A DNA stretch of 64,000 nt from Chthonomonadales bacterium (lineage in GTDB: Bacteria > Armatimonadota > Chthonomonadetes > Chthonomonadales > CAJBBX01): contig JBMFSQ010000003.1 in the NCBI GenBank assembly GCA_049967475.1, positions 32,001 through 96,000 on the forward strand, given 5' to 3'. The position numbers were made by a program, and so were the translations under genes. Under the pieces are notes generated by a model, which was not told the origin of the DNA, did no database searches, and saw only the letters and a program-made list of their open reading frames with translations. Positions within the stretch are counted from its first letter, which is position 1, and the number at the start of each line of letters is the position of its first letter. Shown here one piece after another: positions 29,852 to 39,787 of this stretch.

Positions 29852-31204
29852 ATGCGCTCGATGTTGGAACGGTTGTTTCACATTTCTCAATACCGCACGA
29901 GCGTGCGCACAGAGGTACTGGCCGGTGTGACCACCTTCATGACCATGGCCTACATCATCATAGTAAACCCGGCCATCCTTGCAGGCAGCCCCTCTCATCC
30001 AGGCCCCTTGGGCCCCAGTCTCTTTGCCCCTACCGTCACTGCCACGTGCCTTGCCGCCGCGATTCCTACGCTCTTGATGGGGTTGTGGGCCAACTATCCT
30101 TTCGCTCTGGCCAGCGGGATGGGGCTCAACGCGGCCCTCGTAGCGGCTGTAGGCAGTGGGCCGGGCATCACTTGGCAGGTCATGATGGGGGTGGTGTTTG
30201 TAGAGGGAGCCATTGTGGCCGTGCTCGTTCTCACTCGTCTGAGGCAGGCTGTGATGCAGGCCATCCCCCTGGATCTCAAGCGGGCGATTGGAGTGGGCAT
30301 AGGCCTATTCATTGCCCTTCTCGGGATGCACAATGCCCATTGGATCTCCACAAGTTCTGCGCCGGTTCCCGGCGTTCCGAGCACATTCACACCCACGGGG
30401 AACTTCCATTTGGCGCCCACCTTGCTGGCGACGTTCGGCGTGTTTGTGTCGGCCCTGCTTCTAATCCGCCGGGTGCGCGGAGCCCTGCTCACAGGGATTG
30501 CATTGACGACCGTGGCGGCGATGGCCCTTCATCTGCAGCCTCTGCCCCAGCATGTGGCGGCTCCTCCCAGCTTCGCCACCATTGGAAAACTGAGCCTGAG
30601 TGGGGTATTGACACCCGCTGCCATCGCCCTCGTGTTTGCCTTCATGATGAGCGACTTCTTTGACACGATGGGCACGGTTATCGCCATCGGGGAACAGGCC
30701 GGCTACCTGGATCCCGACGGCAGCCTCCCCAGGTTGAACAGGGTGCTGCTTGTGGATGCATTGGCAGCGGTATGGGGCGGCTTCTGCTGCGCCAGCTCGT
30801 CCACTACCTATATCGAAAGTGCCGCGGGCGTAGGCGAAGGGGGCCGCACAGGGCTCACCAGCGTCGTGGTTGGATTTCTGTTCCTGGCGAGCATGTTCTT
30901 GGCTCCTTTGGTGCAGGCTGTTCCTGCCGAGGCCACCGCTGCTGCCCTCATATTGGTGGGCTTCATGATGATGACCGTGGTGAAAGACATCAACTTCGGC
31001 GATGCGGTGTCGGCAATTCCGGCTTTTCTCATCATGCTGCTGATCCCGCTGACGATGTCTATCGCCCGGGGTATCGGCATCGGATTTATCGCCTACGTGC
31101 TTTTTCATGCCCTTACTGGGCGTGCCCGAGAAGTGTCGCCTATGTTGTGGGGGCTGGCAGGTCTCTTTGCCCTGACATTCTATTTTGAGCATGCGCCGGT
31201 ATAG
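29852..31204 (+). CDS. NCS2/AzgA-family purine permease (PbuG-like)
   Basis: TEVLAGVTTFMTMAYIIIVNP, GMGLNA, FFDTMGT, YIESAAGVGEGGRTG. Confidence 0.93.
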   Translation: MRSMLERLFHISQYRTSVRTEVLAGVTTFMTMAYIIIVNPAILAGSPSHPGPLGPSLFAPTVTATCLAAAIPTLLMGLWANYPFALASGMGLNAALVAAVGSGPGITWQVMMGVVFVEGAIVAVLVLTRLRQAVMQAIPLDLKRAIGVGIGLFIALLGMHNAHWISTSSAPVPGVPSTFTPTGNFHLAPTLLATFGVFVSALLLIRRVRGALLTGIALTTVAAMALHLQPLPQHVAAPPSFATIGKLSLSGVLTPAAIALVFAFMMSDFFDTMGTVIAIGEQAGYLDPDGSLPRLNRVLLVDALAAVWGGFCCASSSTTYIESAAGVGEGGRTGLTSVVVGFLFLASMFLAPLVQAVPAEATAAALILVGFMMMTVVKDINFGDAVSAIPAFLIMLLIPLTMSIARGIGIGFIAYVLFHALTGRAREVSPMLWGLAGLFALTFYFEHAPV

Positions 31205-31296
31205 CCACATGGCTGGTCATCAAGGTTCAGTATCATGCTCTGGGCCCTTGGTGCACCGCCTCAATCCATCAATAACTCGAAAGGGAGGTTCGCAAT

Positions 31297-32022
31297 ATGG
31301 CCACCGTTACGGTCACCGTGGACTGTGAGGCCGCAGGAAAGGGAAAGTGCTACACGAGAGAACTGGTAAAGGTTGCAGAGGAATTCATGGTGCCGCTCAC
31401 TTGGCTCATCTTCGTGTCCGAAAAGGACCCTATGTCCAACGTCAATCTGTATCACGGCGAGTACTTCCACCGCATCCCGTCGTGGCACGAATACGGCATG
31501 CTCCTCAGCTTTGAGAATAGCCACGGGTATATCTCGGATCCGGAAGAACGCGGTAACGTGATCCGCATCGGCAAGGATGTGCTCAAGCAGTGCCACATCA
31601 AGGCCACGAGCTTCCGGGCGCATCGCTTCGATCTTCTGCCGGCAGATCTGAGGTATCTGGCGGATATCGGCATCCTCGTAGATGGATCGGCATGCCCGGG
31701 CGCACAAGATAAGCACGAGGTGGCTTGGCCGGATGGACCCGCCCAGCCGTATCGGCCGTCTGCGGAGGATCTCGCCAAACCCGGCGATGCACCCATCTGG
31801 ATGATCCCCCTCGCTACCTACAGGGGTGTGGCGGCGTATCTGGACTTCGGATGGGCCAAGGTGGAGCCTGTAATCCGCCACGCGATAGAAAACTCCCCGG
31901 TGGTCCATATCGCTTTGAGCGATTATGTGGAAAATACGGCAACGCTGCGTAATGCTTTAACCCTGCTCAAGCAATCAGGGGCGCGCTTCGCCACCCTCAC
32001 GCAAGTGGCGTCGGAGCTTTAG
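31297..32022 (+). CDS. Hypothetical protein, possibly a degenerate polysaccharide-deacetylase-like fold
   Basis: Strong GGGAGG RBS; TVTVDCE, LTWLI, SFRAH, VDGS and PYRP resemble NodB-like motifs. Confidence 0.55.
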   Translation: MATVTVTVDCEAAGKGKCYTRELVKVAEEFMVPLTWLIFVSEKDPMSNVNLYHGEYFHRIPSWHEYGMLLSFENSHGYISDPEERGNVIRIGKDVLKQCHIKATSFRAHRFDLLPADLRYLADIGILVDGSACPGAQDKHEVAWPDGPAQPYRPSAEDLAKPGDAPIWMIPLATYRGVAAYLDFGWAKVEPVIRHAIENSPVVHIALSDYVENTATLRNALTLLKQSGARFATLTQVASEL

Positions 32023-32028
32023 GCGAAC

Positions 32029-33072
32029 ATGAATGCGTCCGAACGCGTGCGAACTCCGCTATATGCGCTCTTGGCAGCATCGGGCGGCCGTATGGGAGCC
32101 TCTCTCGATGGAGAGGTTGCACTAGATTTCGGCGATATCCGATCAGAACACTCCGCAGTGCGCACGCGTGTAGGGTTGCTGGATCGCTCGGCGCGCGGCT
32201 TCCTCGTCGTTACGGGGCGGGACGCCCTTACATGGCTTCAGGGACTCGTGACCAACGATCTTAGACTCCTCAACGACGGTCGCCCGTGCGTCCGTGCCTG
32301 TTTGCTCAACGCCACCGGGCATGTCGTGTCCGACACAGTCATAATCCGCCGCCAGGACGCGCTGTTGCTGGATCTGCCTGCTTGCAACCGCACAAAAGTG
32401 TTTGAATGGCTCGATCAATACATCATTACCGAAGATGTGGAGATAGTGGATCAGACGGGTTCCACCGCATGTATTTCCATCCAGGGTCCTATGGCGGGGC
32501 AGATCGAATTGCCCCAAGACGGCTTCCACACTGTGGTTGCTGCGGATCACACAGGGGAGGGCGGCTATGATGTGTATCTGCCCGCACAACGGGCGGAGGA
32601 ATTGTGGCGGGTGTTGCAAAGCCAAGGCTGCACACCCGTGGGCGAGCGCGCATCTGAGGTTCTGCGCATCGAGGCCGGGATACCGAGGTATGGCCTCGAG
32701 TTGACCGACAATGTGTTCCCGCTGGAATGCGGGCTTCAAAACAGCCACATCAGCACTTCCAAAGGATGTTACGTGGGGCAGGAAGTGATTGCCCGCATTT
32801 TGTCGCGCGGGCATACGAACCGAGCCCTCGCAGGGCTTCTTTTCGACGGAGAGGAGGTCCCTCAGCCGGGCACCGAGGTTCGAGGTTTCGCATCGGAAGG
32901 GCAAGCACCCGTGGCCGGCGTCATTACGAGCAGTTGCACATCCTTCACGTTAGGTGCTCCCATTGCGCTTGCCCTGTTGCGGCGTGAGGCATCGCGGCCG
33001 GGCCAGCGTTTGGAAACGGCAACTGGGCAGAAGGCGCTCGTAACGGATCTGCCCTTTGTGAACCGTGAGTGA
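32029..33072 (+). CDS. YgfZ/GcvT-family folate-binding aminomethyltransferase-like protein
   Basis: WLQGLVTND, LRIEAGIP and the KGCYVGQE signature. Confidence 0.9.
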   Translation: MNASERVRTPLYALLAASGGRMGASLDGEVALDFGDIRSEHSAVRTRVGLLDRSARGFLVVTGRDALTWLQGLVTNDLRLLNDGRPCVRACLLNATGHVVSDTVIIRRQDALLLDLPACNRTKVFEWLDQYIITEDVEIVDQTGSTACISIQGPMAGQIELPQDGFHTVVAADHTGEGGYDVYLPAQRAEELWRVLQSQGCTPVGERASEVLRIEAGIPRYGLELTDNVFPLECGLQNSHISTSKGCYVGQEVIARILSRGHTNRALAGLLFDGEEVPQPGTEVRGFASEGQAPVAGVITSSCTSFTLGAPIALALLRREASRPGQRLETATGQKALVTDLPFVNRE

Positions 33073-34021
33073 CCTCGACGTCCCAGGCAGTGCACCGGCT
33101 GCCGGATGGCAGCGCTCAGGTGTGGGCGCTGGTGCCGCGTTCACGCTGGCGGCCATCAACATGCTGTGGGCGGCGTCGGCTATAGCCGCCAAAGCTGCAC
33201 TGGGATCGGGCGCGCCGAATTCCCATGGGGTGGGTCCCTGGACGTTGGGCGTGTGCCGTTTCGCTCCTGCGGCACTGGTGTTCCTGCTCTACCTGCGCAT
33301 TACGGGGCAGCTAAGGCCGATGCAGAAGGAACACCGCCGGGATTTCTTGCTCATCGGCATCCTCGGGCTCGCCTTCACATACGGTATCTTCTACGGGGGA
33401 TTGCGATGGACGTCTGCAACGGAAGGGACGCTGCTCGTCTCTGCTGAGCCGGTGTTCATTGCGCTGATGGCTCGGGCGGTGCTTCATGAACGCCTCACGG
33501 GCTCTCAATGGGCGGGCATGGGGATCGGTTTTGCAGGAGTTTATCTGCTGGTCAACCGCGGCTTCCAGCCGACCATGTCAGCCAACGTGCTGGGTAACAT
33601 CATGATTGCTGCAGCCCTTTGCTTCGAGGCCTATTCCGGCGTGATCGGCAAGCGCCTTGCAGCATACTACCCCGGGGTTATGGTCCTTGCGATAGAGATG
33701 CTCGTCGGCTCAGCAGTGATGCTTCCTTGGGCCGTGTGGGAGGTGTGCACCGGCAGGAGCGGGCTGCCTTCAGCGGGCGGCGCGGTCGGGATGGCGTACT
33801 TGGCGATTGTGTGTACGATGATCTGCTATGGGGTGTGGTTCCATTGGCTGCCGAAGTTCCGCCTCTCTTCCATGGCCGGCTTCCTTTATATCCAGCCTGT
33901 GATGGGCCCAGTCTATGGCCGGTTGTTTCTTGGGGAGCGGCTCAGTCTATGGACCTGCATCGGCGGCATTGCGGTGGTTGCAGGCGTATGGCTCGTGGCG
34001 GCGCGGGACGCCGCAGGCTGA
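33065..34021 (+). CDS. EamA/DMT-family transporter
   Basis: About 10 hydrophobic helices in two EamA-like halves (VLHERL, FLGERL). Confidence 0.87.
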   Translation: MSDLDVPGSAPAAGWQRSGVGAGAAFTLAAINMLWAASAIAAKAALGSGAPNSHGVGPWTLGVCRFAPAALVFLLYLRITGQLRPMQKEHRRDFLLIGILGLAFTYGIFYGGLRWTSATEGTLLVSAEPVFIALMARAVLHERLTGSQWAGMGIGFAGVYLLVNRGFQPTMSANVLGNIMIAAALCFEAYSGVIGKRLAAYYPGVMVLAIEMLVGSAVMLPWAVWEVCTGRSGLPSAGGAVGMAYLAIVCTMICYGVWFHWLPKFRLSSMAGFLYIQPVMGPVYGRLFLGERLSLWTCIGGIAVVAGVWLVAARDAAG

Positions 34022-34074
34022 TGTAGGTGTTCCGGCATAGGGCGGCGTAAGGTTCCCGCGTAGGAGGTGATGCG

Positions 34075-35322
34075 ATGGCGGAGGCAATCCCCGTGATGCA
34101 TTTTGCCGACACGCACTTCGGGGTGGAGACCTATGGGCGGCTCGATCCCGAGACCGGTCTGAACTCGCGGCTCATAGATTTTAGGACGTCGCTCAATCGG
34201 GCAATCGAAGCTGCGCTGGAACGGAATGTGCAGCTCGCAGTATTTGCTGGGGACGCCTATAAAGCTCGGGACCCGAGCCAGACGCACCAGCGCGAATTTG
34301 CCTCCTGCATCCGCAAGTTGACACAGGCAGGGGTGCCCGTTGTGATGCTCACCGGCAATCACGACGTTCCCGGAGTGCGGGGGCGGGCCCACGCCATGGA
34401 GATCTGGTCCACGTTGGCAGTGGAAGGCGTGAGGGTATTCGCCAAACCTGACGTAGCTGTTATCGACACGAAAATGGGCCCGGTTCAGATTGCAGCGATG
34501 CCCTATCTGATGAAGGGCTTTGTTTTGGCCCGAGAGGAGATGCAAGGACTGACTGCAGACGAGGTGCGGGAGCGGATCGAGAAGCGCTATGCAGATTACC
34601 TGAACAAATTGGCTCAAAAAGTCGAGCCATCATTGCCTACGATCCTTGTGGCCCATCTTTGGGCGGATCATGCAAAGGCGGCCGATTGGCAGCAGGCCTA
34701 CCTGACCGGTGCCGAGCCGAAGGTGTCGGCGGTGCTTACCGTAGCCCGTTCCTTTGACTATGTGGCACTGGGCCACATCCATCGCTTCCAGGATCTCAAC
34801 CCGGGCGGACAGCCCCCCATCGTATACTGTGGAAGCCCGGACCGGATAGATTTTGGGGAGGCGAATGAGGAGAAGGGTTTCGTAATGGTCTACCTTCGCA
34901 AAGGCGACACCAAGTATGAATTCGTACGCATCGCCAACCCCCGCCTATTGGTGGACATACGCGTAAAGATCCTTCCCGAGGACGCAGATCCCACAGGCAC
35001 CATCGTACGTGCGCTCCAGCGCCATCCGTTGGCCGGCAATATCGTTCGCCTGACCATAGAGGTTCCCGAGGAGAGTGCGGCAAACATCAGGGAGGCGGAG
35101 ATCCGAGAGGCCGGCGCTTCGGCTTTCATCCTCCTGCGCCGCATCGAGGTTCAGCGCAGGCAGGCTCTAAGAATGCGCTTCCTTTCCGAGGCGCTGGACC
35201 CGATGGTCGCACTGAAGCATTATCTGGAGCGGGAAGGACGCAGCCCAGCTCGAGCGGAGCGCCTGCTGGAGCTCGCCGGAGCACTGGACGATGAACTGCG
35301 CCGCAAGGAGGAGCTCAGGTGA
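34075..35322 (+). CDS. sbcD: SbcD/Mre11-family nuclease
   Basis: ADTHFG, AGD, GNHD, DYVALGHIH, YCGS; AGGAGGT RBS. Confidence 0.93.
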   Translation: MAEAIPVMHFADTHFGVETYGRLDPETGLNSRLIDFRTSLNRAIEAALERNVQLAVFAGDAYKARDPSQTHQREFASCIRKLTQAGVPVVMLTGNHDVPGVRGRAHAMEIWSTLAVEGVRVFAKPDVAVIDTKMGPVQIAAMPYLMKGFVLAREEMQGLTADEVRERIEKRYADYLNKLAQKVEPSLPTILVAHLWADHAKAADWQQAYLTGAEPKVSAVLTVARSFDYVALGHIHRFQDLNPGGQPPIVYCGSPDRIDFGEANEEKGFVMVYLRKGDTKYEFVRIANPRLLVDIRVKILPEDADPTGTIVRALQRHPLAGNIVRLTIEVPEESAANIREAEIREAGASAFILLRRIEVQRRQALRMRFLSEALDPMVALKHYLEREGRSPARAERLLELAGALDDELRRKEELR

Positions 35323-36083
35323 CGGCGGTGGGGCGGCGCTGCACATACTGCGGGAAACCCATTGCAGCCGAGGATCGCGTAGCGGTATGCGATCGTTGCT
35401 ATGCAGCCCACCATGAAGAGTGTTGGGACCGGAACGGTCGGTGCAGTACCTTTCGGTGCGGCGGCGCACCCCGCAAGCTGATGGGCGCCGACTTGGGGCA
35501 CGTGCTGCAACAGGCATTGGAACAGGCCAACGCCGAACCGCGAGTGTGCCCATTCTGCGGTGGAGAGGCCTACGCAGGTGTCGTTCAGAGCACATCGCCT
35601 GTTGCTTCGAGCGGCAATGTTCCCGTCAAAGGATTGATGTTCGTGGTTCACGAGGATAGTCAAGGGGTGACGGGATGGCTTCAACGCCTGACACGCAAGC
35701 GCCGAACCCGAGGCTGGGTACTTCCCGGCGCTGCCATCAACGCAAGATCTTGCGGCAGATGCCGGCGCCTGTACCTCTGGGGGCTGCCCGTAGAGGATGT
35801 CGTTCGATCGGGAGCTGCCGAGCCCTCCGCTGCGCCGTTCTGTCCACGCTGCGGCGAAGCTCTGGTGCACGGTGCACTCGTTCTCACAGGCGGCCGGCAG
35901 TACCGCACACAATTTGTCTGCAGCGAGGTCCCCAGGTTTCACGCGGACTGGTTCGGCCACAACATACTGGATCGGTATGTTCTCAACAGGTGGTCCGTAC
36001 CCGTTGCGTCCATTCCGGCCCATTCGTGCGCAAAGTGCCGCTACACCGAGGTGGGCGGGCGGCCGGTTTACCACTTTATGTAA
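35319..36083 (+). CDS. Prokaryotic RING-finger protein with two additional CxxC...CxxC zinc-ribbon units
   Basis: CTYC-x12-CDRC-x3-HHEECW-x5-C-x4-C, then CPFC...CGRC and CPRC...CAKC; GTG overlaps the sbcD stop. Confidence 0.8.
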   Translation: MTAVGRRCTYCGKPIAAEDRVAVCDRCYAAHHEECWDRNGRCSTFRCGGAPRKLMGADLGHVLQQALEQANAEPRVCPFCGGEAYAGVVQSTSPVASSGNVPVKGLMFVVHEDSQGVTGWLQRLTRKRRTRGWVLPGAAINARSCGRCRRLYLWGLPVEDVVRSGAAEPSAAPFCPRCGEALVHGALVLTGGRQYRTQFVCSEVPRFHADWFGHNILDRYVLNRWSVPVASIPAHSCAKCRYTEVGGRPVYHFM

Positions 36084-36122
36084 ACGCCGCGAACATCGTT
36101 TGACTGAGATACGATATCGCCG

Positions 36123-38699
36123 ATGGTTCCACGCCGACTGACGCTGCGAAACTTCATGAGCTATGGAAGCGAGCCGGTTACGCTCGACTTCTCAGGCCAT
36201 CACGTATTGTGTCTTTCCGGTGACAACGGCAATGGCAAATCCGCATTGCTTGACGCCATGACGTATGCACTCTGGGGCAGAACGCGTGCATCCGGGACGC
36301 GCTCGGGTAGCGAAGATGATCTCGTGAGGCTTGGTGCGGAGGACATGGAGATCATCTTTGATTTCGAACTGGAGGGCGACCTGTTTCGAGTAGTGCGGCG
36401 TCGCAACCGGAGAACTCGCTCCGGCGCATGGGAGCTTCAGCGCCTGCACGATGGGATGGCGATACCGGTCGGCGGCACCGGAATGCGCGACACCGAGCGC
36501 CGCCTCGCCTCACTCTTGCGGATGGAATATGAAACATTCATCAACTCCGCTTACATCCAGCAAGGCCGCGCCGATGAGTTTACGCGCCAGAAACCCGCAG
36601 ACCGAAAGCGCATTCTGGGGGAGATCCTGAACCTCGAACGATACGGGCAGCTCGAGGAGCTGGCCAAGGAGCACAGGCGCGAATGCGAGGCCAGGATCAC
36701 CGATTTGGAGGGCGAGATGCGTGTCCTCGAGGCGCGCCTGGCAGAGGAACCGCAGTTCCGGCAAGCACTGGAGGAACATCGGCGCGCGCTTGCCGAGGCG
36801 CAGCGGGAACGGGAGGCCGCCGAAGCCCTATATGCTGAGGGACAAGCGAAACTTGCAGCCCTTGCAGAACGAAGGCAGCGCGTAGAGCAGCACGAGGCGA
36901 ACTTCAAGCGTCTTGAAGCGGATCGGGCTAGGCTGGTTGCCGCGCTGGTCGCCCTTCAAAAGGAGCAATCGTCTGCCGACGCGATCCTTGCAGACAGGGC
37001 TCAAATAGAGCAGGAACTGCAGGAGCTGAAATTCGCCCAGTCCCAGCTAGACAGGCTTGCCGGGAAGGTAGAAGAACTTCGCGACGCCGAGCGCGAACAC
37101 ACGCGATTGAGCAACGAATTGGAAAGATCGCGCGCGGAATTGCAGCACTCAATCCAGATGCTGGCGGAACAGCACAAGCGGGCTCAGGATGCCGCGCGCG
37201 AGGTCGCAGCGCTTGATGCGAAGGTTCGGGAGATCGAGGCCGCAATCGCAAGCGCCGGCGCCGTGGAGCAGGCACTGACCAAAGCTCGGCAAGAAAAAGA
37301 GAGACTGGACAACGAATTCGGAGAGCTCAAAGCCCAAAACGACCGCATGAAACGCGAGATCGAGGAGCTCGACGAAGTCCTTTTGATCCTCAGGCAGCCC
37401 AGGGCTCAGTGCCCGGTTTGCGAGTCCGACCTTTCTGGGGGCCGGCAGGAGGCGGTCCTCCAAAAGCAGATGCAGAAGCGCGCCGAATTGGCGCAGGAGC
37501 AGGCGAAACTCCACCGCCAGGGCAACGCCCTCAAGCAGCGGCGTGAAGCCCTGACGAAAGAGATTGAGGGTCTCGAAGAGAACGCCAAACACGTAAACAC
37601 TCTTCGAGAGCGGCGCCAGCAACTGCTCGATCGGGCATCGCAGATGCGGGCAGAAGCAGAGAAGGAGCGCGAACTTGCGCACCGGTTGGTGCAGCTTCGC
37701 ACCGAGCTCGAACGTGAGGACTACGGTGCCGCAGAGCGCGCATCGTTAACGGCGCTTCAGCCGCGTATAGAAGTACTCAGGCGGGATGTGCGCGAATACG
37801 ATCGGTATTCCGCCAGGGTTCGGGAGCTGATGAGCCGGCAGGTGGAAGCACGCTTCGCGCGGCTGGGAGAGGCCGAGCGAACGATCCAGCGAGTGCTGCG
37901 CGATCAGGAGGATCACCGCCGCCAGATCGCACAGTTGGATGAGGCTCTAGCCGCAGAACGACGAACGGCGGATGCTCTGCGGGCAGAGCTTGCCGGGTAC
38001 GCTGAGGTCGTAGAGGAGGTGAGAGCGGCCGAGGCGGCTGCCGGCGCGGCGAGGGCCAAATACGATGAAGCCGCGCGACAAGTCGGCGCTGCGCAACATG
38101 CCCTGGACGAATGCGACGCCGCTCGGGAGGAGTTGGCGCTTCGCAAGAAGGAGCATAAGCGCCTCGAGGAAGAGAGGTCCCTTTACAACGAGTTGGCGGC
38201 AGCCTTTGGGAAGAACGGCCTCCAGGCCCTCATCATCGAGAATGCTCTGCCGGAGATACAGGATGAAGCGAACCGCCTATTGGGCCGAATGACAGACAAC
38301 GGCATGAAGGTAGTTCTCACTGCCGTGCGTACCGGCCAGTCGGGCCGAGGCCAAATCGAGACACTGGATATCCGCATTACGGACGATCTGGGTGAGCGCC
38401 CCTACGAGATGTACAGCGGCGGTGAGGCCTTCCGCGTGAACTTTGCTGTGCGCATCGCTCTCTCGCGGCTGCTTACGAAGCGTGCCGGCGCCCAGCTTCA
38501 AACGCTGATTCTGGACGAGGGGTTCGGCTCCCAGGACTCCAAAGGTCGTGAACGGCTGGTGGAAGCCATCCAGAGCATCCAAGACGAATTTCGCCTCATC
38601 ATTGTGATCTCCCATATCGAGGAGCTTAAAGACGCGTTCCCATCGCGCGTGGAGGTGATCAAGACGCCGGCCGGCTCGCGCATCGAGTACGTGGAGTAA
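36123..38699 (+). CDS. sbcC: SbcC/Rad50-family SMC ATPase
   Basis: NFMSY, Walker A GDNGNGKS, central zinc hook CPVC, YSGGE signature, Walker B LILDEG, ISH. Confidence 0.94.
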   Translation: MVPRRLTLRNFMSYGSEPVTLDFSGHHVLCLSGDNGNGKSALLDAMTYALWGRTRASGTRSGSEDDLVRLGAEDMEIIFDFELEGDLFRVVRRRNRRTRSGAWELQRLHDGMAIPVGGTGMRDTERRLASLLRMEYETFINSAYIQQGRADEFTRQKPADRKRILGEILNLERYGQLEELAKEHRRECEARITDLEGEMRVLEARLAEEPQFRQALEEHRRALAEAQREREAAEALYAEGQAKLAALAERRQRVEQHEANFKRLEADRARLVAALVALQKEQSSADAILADRAQIEQELQELKFAQSQLDRLAGKVEELRDAEREHTRLSNELERSRAELQHSIQMLAEQHKRAQDAAREVAALDAKVREIEAAIASAGAVEQALTKARQEKERLDNEFGELKAQNDRMKREIEELDEVLLILRQPRAQCPVCESDLSGGRQEAVLQKQMQKRAELAQEQAKLHRQGNALKQRREALTKEIEGLEENAKHVNTLRERRQQLLDRASQMRAEAEKERELAHRLVQLRTELEREDYGAAERASLTALQPRIEVLRRDVREYDRYSARVRELMSRQVEARFARLGEAERTIQRVLRDQEDHRRQIAQLDEALAAERRTADALRAELAGYAEVVEEVRAAEAAAGAARAKYDEAARQVGAAQHALDECDAAREELALRKKEHKRLEEERSLYNELAAAFGKNGLQALIIENALPEIQDEANRLLGRMTDNGMKVVLTAVRTGQSGRGQIETLDIRITDDLGERPYEMYSGGEAFRVNFAVRIALSRLLTKRAGAQLQTLILDEGFGSQDSKGRERLVEAIQSIQDEFRLIIVISHIEELKDAFPSRVEVIKTPAGSRIEYVE

Positions 38700-39176
38700 T
38701 CAGGGAAGGGGATCCTTGGGCACGACACTGATGCTTCCGTCCACCTCCAGCACCATGAGACGGGCCTGCGAGGGTGATGTGAGCCCATGCTGGCGGAGTG
38801 CAGCTTCGATCTGTTCCATCGTGATGCCTTCTGCCTGTGCAATGTCTCGCCGCAGTTTTCCATCCGTCAGGATTACCACAGGATGCCCCGATGCGATGGC
38901 GTGGAAGGTCGAGCTTCGAAGGGCAAGGCTCGTATACAGCCGTCCCAAGAGCAACAGCACACCCGCCGACACGAACCCGGTGGAAAGGTCGCCCGTACCT
39001 GCTGTGAGCCCATTCTGCACGGCGTTGGCCACACACATCACCATTACGAGGTCCATCAGGTGCATCTGACCCAATTGGCGTTTGCCGAGCAATCGGAACC
39101 CGAGCACCAATCCGATGAAGGTAACTGCCGTGCGGAGCGCAATCTGCGCCAGGAATTGTTGGAAGGAGGGCGTCAT
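38700..39176 (-). CDS. DUF421/YetF-family membrane protein
   Basis: RLLGKRQLGQM..DLV, ANAVQN, LRQHG, LEVDGSISVV. Confidence 0.88.
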   Translation of the reverse strand: MTPSFQQFLAQIALRTAVTFIGLVLGFRLLGKRQLGQMHLMDLVMVMCVANAVQNGLTAGTGDLSTGFVSAGVLLLLGRLYTSLALRSSTFHAIASGHPVVILTDGKLRRDIAQAEGITMEQIEAALRQHGLTSPSQARLMVLEVDGSISVVPKDPLP

Positions 39177-39188
39177 CGTGTCTTGGCT

Positions 39189-39731
39189 CTATGAGAGGCG
39201 CAGGGCCCGGAAGTGGCGCCGTGTCCGATGAACCTGGGCATCCTTCGGCACAATGCTGAGGCTGCCGTCCACCTCCAGCACGCACATCGCGGCATCCTCA
39301 GGGCGTTCGAGGCCGTGCTCCCGCAGGGCGGCGAAGAGCTGTTCCGGTGTGATGCCCAGCCGCCTCATGCGTTGTTTGAGGATGTGGCCGTTGCTGATGA
39401 TGAGGCTTGGCTCACCCACCAATAAGTGTTCCAGCTTGGGAGAGCGCTCTACGAGGGCGTTGAGGATGCGATTGAGGAGGAGCAGGGTTGCTGCGGCCAC
39501 CAGTCCTCCCAATAGTGTCGTGTCCGACCCGACCATGGCATTCTGTACGGAGTTGGCCAGTACAATCACGAGGACGAGATCATAGAGGTTCATCTGCCCC
39601 AATTCGCGCGTGCCGGCGATCCTCAGGCCGGCGACCAGAAAAAGATAGACTACGGCCGTTTTGAGGGCTACAAAGCCCAAGTCCACGGGATGCGGATGGG
39701 TGAAGACTGCCGAAAGCCAGCGCAAATCCAT
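39189..39731 (-). CDS. DUF421/YetF-family membrane protein
   Basis: GTRELGQMNLYDLV, ANSVQNAM, GEPSLII, LEVDGSLSIV; GGAGG RBS. Confidence 0.9.
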   Translation of the reverse strand: MDLRWLSAVFTHPHPVDLGFVALKTAVVYLFLVAGLRIAGTRELGQMNLYDLVLVIVLANSVQNAMVGSDTTLLGGLVAAATLLLLNRILNALVERSPKLEHLLVGEPSLIISNGHILKQRMRRLGITPEQLFAALREHGLERPEDAAMCVLEVDGSLSIVPKDAQVHRTRRHFRALRLS

Positions 39732-39787
39732 CAGGGCTCATCCTCCTGCGCAAGTGTAGGTGCGGATCGGTTCGGGAACGACCCAAC

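Noticed and set aside
34075..38699. sbcD/sbcC as a Wadjet- or Lamassu-type defence system
   Set aside because: The zinc-hook Rad50 plus Mre11 phosphoesterase architecture in a housekeeping context fits ordinary SbcCD; no kleisin, KITE or effector genes are present.
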